DNA from: Gemmatimonadaceae bacterium
GTDB lineage: Bacteria > Gemmatimonadota > Gemmatimonadetes > Gemmatimonadales > Gemmatimonadaceae
Length of the DNA: 64,000 bases
Direction of reading: 5' to 3'
Assembly (NCBI GenBank): GCA_947457545.1
Contig: CANGXD010000005.1
Location: 5,552 to 69,551, forward strand
Part shown: positions 9,181 to 18,857 of the stretch, piece by piece
Numbering within the stretch: the first letter of the stretch is position 1
How the letters are laid out: every line of letters begins with the position of its first letter
Program-made: the position numbers and the translations under genes
Notes under the pieces: generated by a model
Databases searched by the model: none
Told to the model about the DNA's origin: nothing
Seen by the model: only the letters and a program-made list of their open reading frames with translations

Positions 9181-10071
9181 CTACTTGACGGAGATCTGCT
9201 TGATCATGCCATGCACCAAATGTGGCTTCCCGTCCTTGGCATCAGGGTCGAAACAGATGAACGCGTACTCGCCGGCGGGGACCGTCACGGTCAGGTAAAC
9301 GGTGTCGCCCGGGAGAATGTCGGTAATGCCACCCATCGGCATGCCCGGCGGCGCACCGACCGGCTTCTCTGCGAACGCCGCCATTTCTGCCGGCGTCTTA
9401 CCCGGCGCCAGCTTGGCGAAGAAAAACTCGTGCGGCTGCGGTCCGGCGTTCGTCACGGCAATGACATGCTTGCCCGGCGACAGCGGCTTCGAGAAGACAA
9501 AGTCGTAGTCCTTGAGCGTGAGCGTCACGTCGGCCTTGGGCGGCGCGGCCGGCGCCGTAGTCGACGGCGTCACCTGCACGTCCTTGAGCATCCCCTTCAT
9601 GACGTGGGGCACGCCGTCCGGGGAGGGGATGACACAGAGCGCAACGTAACTGCCGGCCGCCAAGGTGCTCGTGAACTCGGTGACGCCAGCCGACGCGTTC
9701 GGGCCGCCTACCGGGCGCATCCACTTCGGCGGCGGACCGCCCGCCTTCATCCACGCGAGCACATCTTTGGAGCTACGCCCGGCGTCCACCTTCACCAGAT
9801 AGACATGGTGAAGCTCCTTGCCCTTGTTGGACGGGCGCATGGTGGTGAGACCGGCGGGAATGCTCGCCGGCATATCGAACGCGTAGTCGGTCGTGACGAT
9901 GTTCACGACGTTCGCGGCGACGATCGCGCGCGATGAGGCCACGACACGCGGCGAGGCCTTTGCCGCCGCCTGTGCGTCGGCGCTGCTCGCGCCAAGGACA
10001 AGACTGCCGGCCACCAACGCGGGAAGCATCGACGCGCGGGACGGCACAATACGACGAACAGAAATGATCAT
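9181..10071 (-). CDS. Secreted protein with two tandem cupredoxin-like domains
   Basis: Signal peptide followed by two repeats, each with His...Cys...His-x3-Gly-Met (CVIPSPDGVPHVMKGM; CFDPDAKDGKPHLVHGM). RBS GAGGA upstream of ATG 10071. Confidence 0.7.
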   Translation of the reverse strand: MIISVRRIVPSRASMLPALVAGSLVLGASSADAQAAAKASPRVVASSRAIVAANVVNIVTTDYAFDMPASIPAGLTTMRPSNKGKELHHVYLVKVDAGRSSKDVLAWMKAGGPPPKWMRPVGGPNASAGVTEFTSTLAAGSYVALCVIPSPDGVPHVMKGMLKDVQVTPSTTAPAAPPKADVTLTLKDYDFVFSKPLSPGKHVIAVTNAGPQPHEFFFAKLAPGKTPAEMAAFAEKPVGAPPGMPMGGITDILPGDTVYLTVTVPAGEYAFICFDPDAKDGKPHLVHGMIKQISVK

Positions 10072-10190
10072 GTCTTCCTCGAGGGTGGTGAGTCGAGCGT
10101 TGCCGCCATACGACAACAGGAATCTCCAGGATTCACAGCGCCTGTCGAGTGAAACAAACTTCAGAGTTCTCATCGAGTGATGCGGCGACG

Positions 10191-11576
10191 CTACCCGGCG
10201 TAGGCGCGCACGGTCACCACGGGGGGACCATCGAGCCCGACCGTTTCGACGTACAGCTGCGAGACGGTCGTGGGAGGAATTCGCCGCAGCTGCATATAGC
10301 CGATCGTCGACCCCGACGCCAGCACGGGACCATCGCTGCGCTCGGCGCGCACCTCCCACGAAGTCACCTGCTGGCCAATCTCAATACGCTCAGCGAGCTC
10401 GAGCACGGTGACGGCGCTCCCCGGACGCACCGGTATGCGATGAACGGAGCGACGCGCATCGACCGCCTTGCCCACTGCCGTAGCATCTGCGAGCCGCTGC
10501 GCACGCATGCCGGTGAGCGCAGCGCGCAGCCCGCGCAACCGTTCGACATCGGTATCGTGAAAGAGTCCGTCGCGCGTCGGCGGGACGTTCAACAGCAGTT
10601 TCGAGTTGCGCCCTACACTCGTGAAGTACAGCTGCAGGAGATTCTCCACCGAGCGGACCTTTTCGTCTTCCGCGGCATGATGGAACCAGCCAGGACGAAT
10701 GGACACATCGGTTTCTCCGGGACGCCATACGTCGCCATCGGCGTGACCTTCCTGCAGCGCCGTGATGACATCATCACCACTGGCGCCAATGTACGGCACC
10801 GCCGACGAGCGAATCGTGCTCCAGCAGCGTTCACCAGCCACTCCGCGCTCGTTCCCAATCCAGCGCACATCGGGCCCCGCGTCGGAGAAGATCACGGCAT
10901 TCGGCTGCAGCTTGCGCACGAGCGCCCACGTGCGCGGCCAATCGTATACTTGCCGCTTCCCATTTGGCCCTTCGCCGTTGGCGCCGTCGAACCAGACTTC
11001 GTTGAGCTCACCATATTGCGTGAACAGCTCGGTGAGCTGCGCGATGTACACGTCGTTGTAGCGCGGCGAGTCACCGTACGCCGGATGATTCCGGTCCCAC
11101 GGCGAACAATAGAGTCCCACGCGCAGTCCCTCGGCCCGACAGGCATCGGCAAACTCACGCACGACGTCACCCTTGCCGTTGCGCCACGGACTCGACGCCA
11201 CCGAATGCGTCGTGGTCATGGTGGGCCACAGACAGAAACCGTCGTGATGTTTTGCGGTGAGAATCATGGCCTTCGCGCCGGCGTCCCGCGCCGTACGTGC
11301 CCATTGCCGCGCATCGAGCCGCAGCGGATTGAAGAGCGCCGGCGACTCCGTCCCGTCACCCCATTCGCGATCGGTGAAGGTGTTCATGCCGAAGTGCACG
11401 AACAGCGCGAGTTCGTCACGCTGCCAGCGCAACTGCGCACGCGTCGGACGTGGGCGTGCGTATCTGGACAGGGCGGGCATCGCGGAAAGCGCGAGTGGCG
11501 CCGTAAGCGCGCCGACAGTCCCGCTACCGAGTAACGTCAGGAACTCACGTCGGGTGAATGGTACGAACGGCGGCAT
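10191..11576 (-). CDS. Alpha-L-fucosidase (GH29), Tat-exported
   Basis: TRREFL Tat motif, FVHFGMNTF, LTAKHHDGFCLWP, VWFDGA, SIRPGWF, LLLNVPP. Confidence 0.95.
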   Translation of the reverse strand: MPPFVPFTRREFLTLLGSGTVGALTAPLALSAMPALSRYARPRPTRAQLRWQRDELALFVHFGMNTFTDREWGDGTESPALFNPLRLDARQWARTARDAGAKAMILTAKHHDGFCLWPTMTTTHSVASSPWRNGKGDVVREFADACRAEGLRVGLYCSPWDRNHPAYGDSPRYNDVYIAQLTELFTQYGELNEVWFDGANGEGPNGKRQVYDWPRTWALVRKLQPNAVIFSDAGPDVRWIGNERGVAGERCWSTIRSSAVPYIGASGDDVITALQEGHADGDVWRPGETDVSIRPGWFHHAAEDEKVRSVENLLQLYFTSVGRNSKLLLNVPPTRDGLFHDTDVERLRGLRAALTGMRAQRLADATAVGKAVDARRSVHRIPVRPGSAVTVLELAERIEIGQQVTSWEVRAERSDGPVLASGSTIGYMQLRRIPPTTVSQLYVETVGLDGPPVVTVRAYAG

Positions 11577-11673
11577 TGTAGCGTGTCAGAGGGGAATCGA
11601 TGACCTCACCATCGCCCCAATCTGTCACCCGTGCTCGCTGCGTGCACCTCTGCGCGGCGCGAGCCCCCAGCGC

Positions 11674-12348
11674 CTACGCGGCGATACTTGGCAGCTGCAG
11701 CACGAAGTACGGATTCCCAGGCGCGCGCTGTTCCAGGGCGAGTCGGCCACCGACCTCATCCACCATCTGGCGGACCTGCTGCAATCCCTGCTCATTGGCC
11801 GCGGAGACGCGGGACACCGGTGGCAGATACGAGGGGGCGTCCACCTTCCCCACCTCGATGATCGTCCACGTCCGCCGGCCGTCGCTGCGTGTCACGTCGC
11901 CGAGGCCATCGTACGCCCGCATCGTCACGATCCCACCGTCCATGCCATCTCGGACGGTGAGCGCCAGCTGTACCAGCACCTGTTCCAATCGATCCGGTGC
12001 CAGCAAAGGCCGCCCCGCCGAGGCGTTGAGCACGTCGAGCGAAACGGCCTCGCCCAGCAGTGGCGAAAGCGACTCGTCCAAGCGGGACAGGACGGCACCG
12101 ACCTGCGCCGCGGATGTCCCCAGAGGCTGGGGCGGTGCGTCGGCGGTCGCGCCCCGTCCCTCTTCGACCTTCGTCCCGACGCGTAAGGGCTGCGCGCTCC
12201 CGCCGGGGCGCGTCCTCGTCCGGCGAAGCAGGAGGAATGCGCCAAGCACCGCGCCAGCGACGAGCGCCGCCACAGCGGGCGACACGAGCGATACTGGCGA
12301 ATCGACTTCCCAAACGCGGAATACAGCGACGGGCATTGGACCGAGCAT
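11674..12348 (-). CDS. Membrane-anchored protein with a degenerate HATPase_c-like domain; start uncertain
   Basis: One TM segment, then 'DRLEQVLVQLALTVRDGMDGG...GLQQVRQMVDEVGGRL...FVLQLP', which resembles a kinase CA domain without intact N/G boxes or an H-box. Confidence 0.55.
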   Translation of the reverse strand: MLGPMPVAVFRVWEVDSPVSLVSPAVAALVAGAVLGAFLLLRRTRTRPGGSAQPLRVGTKVEEGRGATADAPPQPLGTSAAQVGAVLSRLDESLSPLLGEAVSLDVLNASAGRPLLAPDRLEQVLVQLALTVRDGMDGGIVTMRAYDGLGDVTRSDGRRTWTIIEVGKVDAPSYLPPVSRVSAANEQGLQQVRQMVDEVGGRLALEQRAPGNPYFVLQLPSIAA

Positions 12349-12356
12349 GACATCAA

Positions 12357-12383
12357 GTCTCGGATATTCTCGCCCGCCGTTGA
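12357..12383 (-). promoter_or_regulatory. Putative sigma-28 (FliA)-type promoter
   Basis: Minus strand TCAA-N15-TCCGAGAC just upstream of the HATPase-like gene; consensus is TAAA-N15-GCCGATAA. Confidence 0.35.
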
Positions 12384-12535
12384 AGAGGGGGGCGTATGGG
12401 ATCTTGGCCGTACTTGAGTCGCAGCGGGACGTGTTTGATCGGGGGTGGCGATCCCGTGAGCGCGGCGGCGAGGTGGTCCCCGACGTACCTTCCGTATTCC
12501 GGCGCACCCGATCTTTCCATTGAGGCAGCATTCCG

Positions 12536-12844
12536 ATGTCCGACATGCAAACCGCGACTGCCGAGCATCGCTCGTGGCAGTGGGAGTTGGTCCTGCAGTA
12601 CGAAGACGGCTCACTGCCGGCCTCCGCCTGGCACGAGGCAACCCTGACCGTGGTGACGCAGTGGTACGCCCGGAACCTTCCCGAAGCGCAAGCAAAGGCG
12701 AGGTACGAGCAGTACTACCATCGCAACCGTCGGCGGCTCACCAACCGTCTCAGCGGCGCGAGCGTGGACACGGTCGGCCTGGAAGCGCTCGACGCCATTT
12801 GGGAGTCGTTGCTCGTCCGCGCGCTGGGCGCCAAGTCCGCGTAA
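12536..12844 (+). CDS. Hypothetical protein (102 aa)
   Basis: Clean ORF with typical codon usage, ending at a strong hairpin that converges with the topoisomerase gene. Confidence 0.7.
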   Translation: MSDMQTATAEHRSWQWELVLQYEDGSLPASAWHEATLTVVTQWYARNLPEAQAKARYEQYYHRNRRRLTNRLSGASVDTVGLEALDAIWESLLVRALGAKSA

Positions 12845-12869
12845 AGCGCGACGCAACGCGACGCAAAAC

Positions 12870-12910
12870 GCAAACGGTCAGGGCGCGAATTACACGCCCT
12901 GACCGTTTGC
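12870..12910. terminator. Hairpin terminator between convergent genes
   Basis: GCAAACGGTCAGGGCG-N9-CGCCCTGACCGTTTGC, a 16-bp perfect stem. Confidence 0.8.
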
Positions 12911-12926
12911 CTGTGCACGGCAGTGG

Positions 12927-15386
12927 TTACTCGTCGGGGTTGGCGACGAACGCGACCGACGTCAGACTTCCCGGCCAATCCGCAGGGCGCGTGGACTTGA
13001 TGTTCCGCCCCACCACCGGCAACTCGTCGAGGTCGACGGCCACCGTCGTACCGGCCCCCGTGATGAACGACGCCGACAGTTCTGGCGCGACCGCCACCAG
13101 GCCCACGACGGCGCCGGTGCGCTCGGCGGGCGCCACCAGCTGCACGCCCTGCCCGCCGCGCCCCTGCAGCGGCATCGATTCAACGGCGACCCGCTTGAGA
13201 TAGCCGCCGCTGGTGCCGACGCAGACTTCGTCTTGCGGACCCACCACCGCCAGCGCCACGACGCGGTCGTTGTCCTTGAGCGTCATGCCGCGCACGCCGC
13301 CCGCATCGCGCCCCATGTCGCGGACCTCCGACTCGTGGAAGCGGATGATCTGCCCCAACGCCGTCGCCAGACACAGCTCGTCCTGCCCCGTCGTGAGGGC
13401 GGCGCCGATGAGGCGGTCCCCCTTGTCGAGCCGGATGGCTTTGATGCCGGCCAAGCGCGCGTTCTTGAATTCCTTGATGGCGGTACGCTTTACCTGACCG
13501 GTTGCGGTAACCATGGTGACGAACAGCGGATGCGCGAAGTCGCGCACGATGGAGCCGAGCACGGGCGTCCCCTGTCGTGGCCATTCCACCAACTCCTTGA
13601 GCAGCGTACCGCGACCACTGCGTGCCGCCGGCGGGAGTTCACTGCCGAAGATGGTGTACGCCTGCCCGTCCTGCGACAACACGAACATCGATTCCGTCTG
13701 ACGCAGTCGCCCCTTCACCATCGGCAACTCGTCGAGCGGCACGGCGCGCTCGGCGGCTTCGGCGCGGCGCGCACGTCCTGAAGGCAACGGCGCCTGCAGC
13801 ACTCGTGCACCGTACGTGACGACACCCACCACTTCGGCGTCGGCGACGGTTTCCGCGACTTCAGCCGCGGCCTCCGCGGTTACGATTTCCGTACGACGCG
13901 CATCGCCGAACCGATCGACGATCTGCGTGACTTCTTCGGCGAGCGCCGCCATGCGCATGGGCTGCGACGCGAGTAGTGCGACGAGTTCCTTGATACGCGC
14001 CTTGAGTTCGCGGGCTTCGTTCTTGAGCGCGGTGACCTCGAGGCCGGTCAGACGCGCCAATCGCAAAGCGAGAATGGCGTCGGCCTGCAGCTCGGAGAGG
14101 GTGTACTCCTTGCGCAGGCGGGCGTGCGCCTGTTCACCGTCCTTGGCGGTCTTGATGAGCTGCACCACGCGATCGATATCGTTGACCGCGATGAGCAACC
14201 CCTCGACGATGTGCAGTCGCGCTTCGGCCTTACCCTTCTCGAACTCCGTGCGCTTGACCAGCACATCGTGCCGGTGTGCAATGAAGTGATCGATGAGCGC
14301 GCGCAATCCGAGTTCGCGCGGCACCAGTCGCCCGTGCTCTGGCACCAGCGTCAGGTTGATGACGCCGAACGTGACCTCGAGACCCGTGAGCTTGAAGAGA
14401 CGCGCGAGCAGCTTCTTGGGCTCTGCGTCGCGCTTGAGCTCGATGACCATGCGCAGCCCTTCACGATCGGATTCGTCGCGCAGCGCGCTGATGCCCACCA
14501 GCTTCTCTTCCTTCACGAGGTCCGCGATCTGCTCGATGATGCGCGCCTTGTTGGCCTGATAGGGCAACTCGGTGACCACCAGCTGCGTGCGCGACGAACC
14601 GGGCTTGGCCTCGAGCACCACACGCGCGCGATTGATCAGACGCCCGCGACCCGTTTCCATGTACTGCTTGATTGCATCCTTCCCCACGATCAGTCCCGCC
14701 GTGGGAAAGTCGGGCCCCTTCACGATCTTGCGCAACTCGGCGAGATCCACCGTCGGCTCTTCAATGACCCGAATGATCGCCTTGCCGATCTCCCGCAGGT
14801 TGTGCGGCGGCATGTTCGTCGCCATACCCACGGCGATGCCACTCACCCCGTTGACGAGCAGGTTGGGAATGGCCGCTGGCAGTACCGACGGTTCTTCGAG
14901 ACGATCGTCGTAATTGGGGACGAACGCGACGGTGTTCTGATCGATCCCCTCGAGCAGTGCGACGCCGGGAGCGGCCATGCGCGCTTCGGTGTACCGATAC
15001 GCTGCCGCGGGGTCGCCATCGATGCTGCCGAAGTTGCCCTGTCCCTCGATGAGCGGATAGCGCAGCGAAAAATCCTGCACCATACGCACGAGCGCATCGT
15101 ACACGCTGCTGTCGCCATGCGGGTGGTACTTGCCGAGCACGTCGCCGACGACGGTGGCGGCCTTCTTGAACGGACGCCCCGGCGCGAGGCCGAGTTCGTT
15201 CATCGCGTACAGAATGCGACGATTGACGGGCTTGAGCCCATCGCGTACGTCGGGCAACGCACGCGACGTGATCACGCTCATCGAATAGTTGATGAACGAA
15301 TCCCGCATTTCGTCAGTGACCTCACGCGGCATGACGCGTTCGCGTCGCGGCGTGGGGATCGGGGCAGATTTGGTGCGCGGAGGCAT
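12927..15386 (-). CDS. parC: Type IIA topoisomerase subunit A, probably topoisomerase IV ParC
   Basis: [22 protein letters not shown], catalytic [20 protein letters not shown]-terminal beta-pinwheel blades. No QRRGGKG GyrA-box at the start of the CTD. Confidence 0.8.
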   Translation of the reverse strand: MPPRTKSAPIPTPRRERVMPREVTDEMRDSFINYSMSVITSRALPDVRDGLKPVNRRILYAMNELGLAPGRPFKKAATVVGDVLGKYHPHGDSSVYDALVRMVQDFSLRYPLIEGQGNFGSIDGDPAAAYRYTEARMAAPGVALLEGIDQNTVAFVPNYDDRLEEPSVLPAAIPNLLVNGVSGIAVGMATNMPPHNLREIGKAIIRVIEEPTVDLAELRKIVKGPDFPTAGLIVGKDAIKQYMETGRGRLINRARVVLEAKPGSSRTQLVVTELPYQANKARIIEQIADLVKEEKLVGISALRDESDREGLRMVIELKRDAEPKKLLARLFKLTGLEVTFGVINLTLVPEHGRLVPRELGLRALIDHFIAHRHDVLVKRTEFEKGKAEARLHIVEGLLIAVNDIDRVVQLIKTAKDGEQAHARLRKEYTLSELQADAILALRLARLTGLEVTALKNEARELKARIKELVALLASQPMRMAALAEEVTQIVDRFGDARRTEIVTAEAAAEVAETVADAEVVGVVTYGARVLQAPLPSGRARRAEAAERAVPLDELPMVKGRLRQTESMFVLSQDGQAYTIFGSELPPAARSGRGTLLKELVEWPRQGTPVLGSIVRDFAHPLFVTMVTATGQVKRTAIKEFKNARLAGIKAIRLDKGDRLIGAALTTGQDELCLATALGQIIRFHESEVRDMGRDAGGVRGMTLKDNDRVVALAVVGPQDEVCVGTSGGYLKRVAVESMPLQGRGGQGVQLVAPAERTGAVVGLVAVAPELSASFITGAGTTVAVDLDELPVVGRNIKSTRPADWPGSLTSVAFVANPDE

Positions 15387-15609
15387 TGAACCGAAGCAGA
15401 AGGGGTGGGGCCGCACGCCGGGACATCGCGGCAGCCGCGTGGTTCAATCAATAATCAGGCGGGGGGACAAAGGGCACCGCCAGCGCCAACGAGCCCGTCC
15501 GGCACCCTGGTGCTCGCGCTGCTTGCGTCGCGCCTGTCATGGTGTCGTCATCTTCCGGGTGCATATTCCAGCCGACCATACGTGGGCCGGAGATTCCCTG
15601 GAGATTCAC

Positions 15610-18051
15610 ATGAGACGCCGTTGTGCGCCCATACTGGCGCTGGTGCTGCTGCTGGCGATCGCGCTTGCCGGCGCGACACCCGCGAGCGCTCGTGCGCAGG
15701 GCTCCGGGACCGTCACGCTCTCTGGACGGGTAACCGACGCGCCCTCCGGCGCACCCATTCCGTATCTCACCGTCGAGCTACGCCGGCTCAGGGACACCAG
15801 CTTTGCCGCCGGCCGGCTTACCGATTCGGCCGGCGCTTTCATCTTCACCAATCTCGCCAAGGGCGAGTACCAGCTCGACGTGCGCCGTATTGGCTATGCG
15901 CCACTGCGTCGTGCGGTCTTCGTGGGCGAGCTCAGTCGCTTTCTCGATCTGGGGGTGCTCAAGATGGACCCGGTGGCCCCGGCGCTCGACAAGGTGACCG
16001 TGACGGCCAGCCGCGAAGAAGTCGCCAACGCCATGGACCGGAAGAGCTACACCTTGGCTGACAACATTGCCCAGAGTGGCGGCTCCGTCGTGCAGGCAAT
16101 GGCCTCATTGCCCGGGGTGACCGTCACGCAAGACGGCAAACTGCAGCTCCGTGGTAGCGACAAGGTGGCCGTACTCATCGACGGCAAGCAGTCGGCCCTC
16201 ACGGGTGTGGCCTCGCAGACGGGCCTTGAGAATTTGCCGGCATCAGCGATCGCGCGTATCGAGATCATCACCAACCCCGGCGCGAAGTTCGACGCCAATG
16301 CCAGCGCCGGGATCATCAATCTGGTGCTCAAGCAGGAGACGCAAGACGGGTTCAACGGGTCGGTGGGGTTCACCGGCGGCGCCGGTTCGCTCTGGTCCCG
16401 TCGTGACAACCTGCCCGATGTGCGCGCCCAGCGGCTCTTTACGCCCAAGCTCAACCCGTCAGTGGCGTTGAACTATCGCCGAGGCGGCACGAACAGTTTC
16501 GTGCGTGCAGACTGGTTGTACTCGCCCACGATGAACAAGAACGAATTCGCCACGCGGACCTATACAGATGGTACGACCATCACGCAGCAGCTGCTGCGCA
16601 ACCGGCGCACCGACTACGCCACGCTCAACGGCGGCGTTGATCACACGTTCGATGCACGAAATACGCTCAGTTTTTCCGGGCTGCTCAATCGCGAGAAGAT
16701 CCTCGACGATGGTGATAATCCGTATTTCGCCGGAGCACAAAACACTCGCTACCGCTTGTGGCAGTTTCTCGAAGACGAAGTCAAGTACACCGCCTTCGCC
16801 TCGACCGTATACACGCACCGCTTCTTGCAGCCAGGGCACACGTTCACCGTTACCGGCAACTACTCGTTTCATCGCGAAGACGAGCGGTACTTCTTCACGA
16901 ATACATTGCCGTCCTTCACCGGCAAGGACGCCTTCAAGCTGCTTTCCGACGAACACATTGGCGACCTGAACGTCGATTACGTCCGCCCGCTAGCGCAGGG
17001 ACGCCTCGAGCTGGGCTTCAAAGGACGCTATCGCTCGATTCCCGTCAACATGCAGTTCTTCCCCGGGCAACAGTCACCCATCGACAGTGGTGCCGGTGGA
17101 GCGGCCACGTATCGGGAGAAGATTCCGGCGGCGTACGCCACCTACGTATTCGAAGGCCCAACGATCGAGCTGGAAAGTGGACTGCGCGTCGAACAGGTGT
17201 TGCTCGATTACGATGTGAATCCCAATCACAACACCTACCGCAGCGACGGCTATCGCTACTTCCAGCCGTTCCCCACGATGCGACTCGCGTGGAAACCGGC
17301 GGCCAATCAAAAGCTTTCGCTCTTCTTCAACCGGCGCGTGGACCGGCCCAACGAAGTCGACATCCGCATCTTCCCCAAGTACGACGAGCCTGAGCTCATC
17401 AAGGTGGGGAATCCCGCGCTACGACCGCAGTTCACCACCTCGGTCGACCTGGGCTACCGGACGACCTGGTCACGCGGCAGCCTCTACGCCACCGGCTATC
17501 GCCGTATCGTCGATGCGACGATTACGCGCATTGCCACGCAGGCGCCGGGAAGTCCTATTCTGTATAACGTGTTTCAGAATGCCGGGCGCAGCTGGATTAC
17601 GGGCTCCGAACTGGTGTGGCAGCAGACCGTCTCGCGCAGCCTCACTCTCAGCACGAACGCGAACATCTATCGCACCACCATCGGCGCGTTCTCGGTGTTG
17701 AACCGCTACCCGCTACCGGTCACCTACACGGCCGACAAGGAGTCGCTCATCTCGGGTAACTTCAAGGTCAACGCGAACGTGCTTCTGCCCGGGCGCGTAG
17801 ATGCGCGCGTGTCGAGCATCTACCTGGCGCCGGATCTCTTCCCACAGGGGCGGATCGGAGCGCGATACGCATTGGATGTCGGCCTCCGAAAAGGCGTGCA
17901 GCAGGGACGCGGCGAAGTCGTCGTCAACGCGACCGATCTGCTCAACACCAACCAGTTGCGACGCACGCTCAACGGGACCGATTTCCGGTACGTCAGCACC
18001 GACTATCTCGAAACGCAGGTAGTGCGCGTCGGATACACCCGGAAGTTCTGA
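15610..18051 (+). CDS. TonB-dependent receptor / outer-membrane beta-barrel with N-terminal carboxypeptidase-regulatory-like domain
   Basis: Signal peptide, LDKVTVTA, plug motifs LPGVTV / IARIEIITNP / GIINLVLK, GNPALRP, C-terminal Phe. Confidence 0.9.
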   Translation: MRRRCAPILALVLLLAIALAGATPASARAQGSGTVTLSGRVTDAPSGAPIPYLTVELRRLRDTSFAAGRLTDSAGAFIFTNLAKGEYQLDVRRIGYAPLRRAVFVGELSRFLDLGVLKMDPVAPALDKVTVTASREEVANAMDRKSYTLADNIAQSGGSVVQAMASLPGVTVTQDGKLQLRGSDKVAVLIDGKQSALTGVASQTGLENLPASAIARIEIITNPGAKFDANASAGIINLVLKQETQDGFNGSVGFTGGAGSLWSRRDNLPDVRAQRLFTPKLNPSVALNYRRGGTNSFVRADWLYSPTMNKNEFATRTYTDGTTITQQLLRNRRTDYATLNGGVDHTFDARNTLSFSGLLNREKILDDGDNPYFAGAQNTRYRLWQFLEDEVKYTAFASTVYTHRFLQPGHTFTVTGNYSFHREDERYFFTNTLPSFTGKDAFKLLSDEHIGDLNVDYVRPLAQGRLELGFKGRYRSIPVNMQFFPGQQSPIDSGAGGAATYREKIPAAYATYVFEGPTIELESGLRVEQVLLDYDVNPNHNTYRSDGYRYFQPFPTMRLAWKPAANQKLSLFFNRRVDRPNEVDIRIFPKYDEPELIKVGNPALRPQFTTSVDLGYRTTWSRGSLYATGYRRIVDATITRIATQAPGSPILYNVFQNAGRSWITGSELVWQQTVSRSLTLSTNANIYRTTIGAFSVLNRYPLPVTYTADKESLISGNFKVNANVLLPGRVDARVSSIYLAPDLFPQGRIGARYALDVGLRKGVQQGRGEVVVNATDLLNTNQLRRTLNGTDFRYVSTDYLETQVVRVGYTRKF

Positions 18052-18123
18052 CGCATCAGGCACGCGAATGCGCTATCGTGCAGAAGCGTCCTGCTGCGAA
18101 AAGTCCTCTGTGAGGAACGAGCA

Positions 18124-18822
18124 ATGCCACGACCGTCTCACCCCGAACGCCACTTTACCGAACGCATCGGGTGGCTGCGCGCCGCTGTCCTGGGCGCCAA
18201 CGACGGGATCGTTTCGACGGCGGCCTTGGTGGTGGGTGTCGCCGCCGCGGGAACAGACCGTCCCGCCATTCTGGTCGCGGGGTTGGCCGGACTGGTCGCG
18301 GGCGCCATGTCGATGGCGGCGGGGGAATACATCTCCGTCAGCTCGCAGGCCGACACCGAACGAGCCGACCTCGCCCGTGAGCAAAGCGAATTGGCAAGCG
18401 ACCCCGAGGGCGAACTCCGTGAGCTTGCCGGCATCTACGAAGCACGAGGACTCGACCCCGAACTCGCACAGCGCGTCGCCGAGCAGCTCACCGCGCACGA
18501 TGCCCTCGGCGCGCACGCGCGCGACGAACTGGGGATCAGCGAAGTGCTCTCCGCGCGCCCCGTGCAGGCCGCCCTCGCCTCGGCAGCGACCTTTGCGGTT
18601 GGTGCCGCGCTTCCTTTGGTTGTCGCGGCGGTGACACCACGCGCGGCGATCATCATGGCGGTGGCGGCGAGTTCCCTCGTATGCCTCGCGGCGTTGGGCG
18701 CGCTCGCCGCGAGCGCCGGTGGTGCGGGACGCATGCGCGGCGCCGCCCGCGTCACCTTCTGGAGTGCCCTCGCGCTGCTGATGACGGCGTTGGTAGGACG
18801 CGTGTTCGGTACGGTGGTGTAG
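18124..18822 (+). CDS. VIT1/CCC1 family Fe/Mn transporter
   Basis: WLRAAVLGANDGIVS, GAMSMAAGEYISVSSQ, HARDELG. Confidence 0.95.
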   Translation: MPRPSHPERHFTERIGWLRAAVLGANDGIVSTAALVVGVAAAGTDRPAILVAGLAGLVAGAMSMAAGEYISVSSQADTERADLAREQSELASDPEGELRELAGIYEARGLDPELAQRVAEQLTAHDALGAHARDELGISEVLSARPVQAALASAATFAVGAALPLVVAAVTPRAAIIMAVAASSLVCLAALGALAASAGGAGRMRGAARVTFWSALALLMTALVGRVFGTVV

Positions 18823-18857
18823 CGACAGCGCCGCGCGCTACACCACCGACCTTGCAC

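Noticed and set aside
12846-12875. ACGCA/ACGCG short tandem repeats
   Set aside because: Very short and imperfect, next to a terminator; likely slippage with no evident function.
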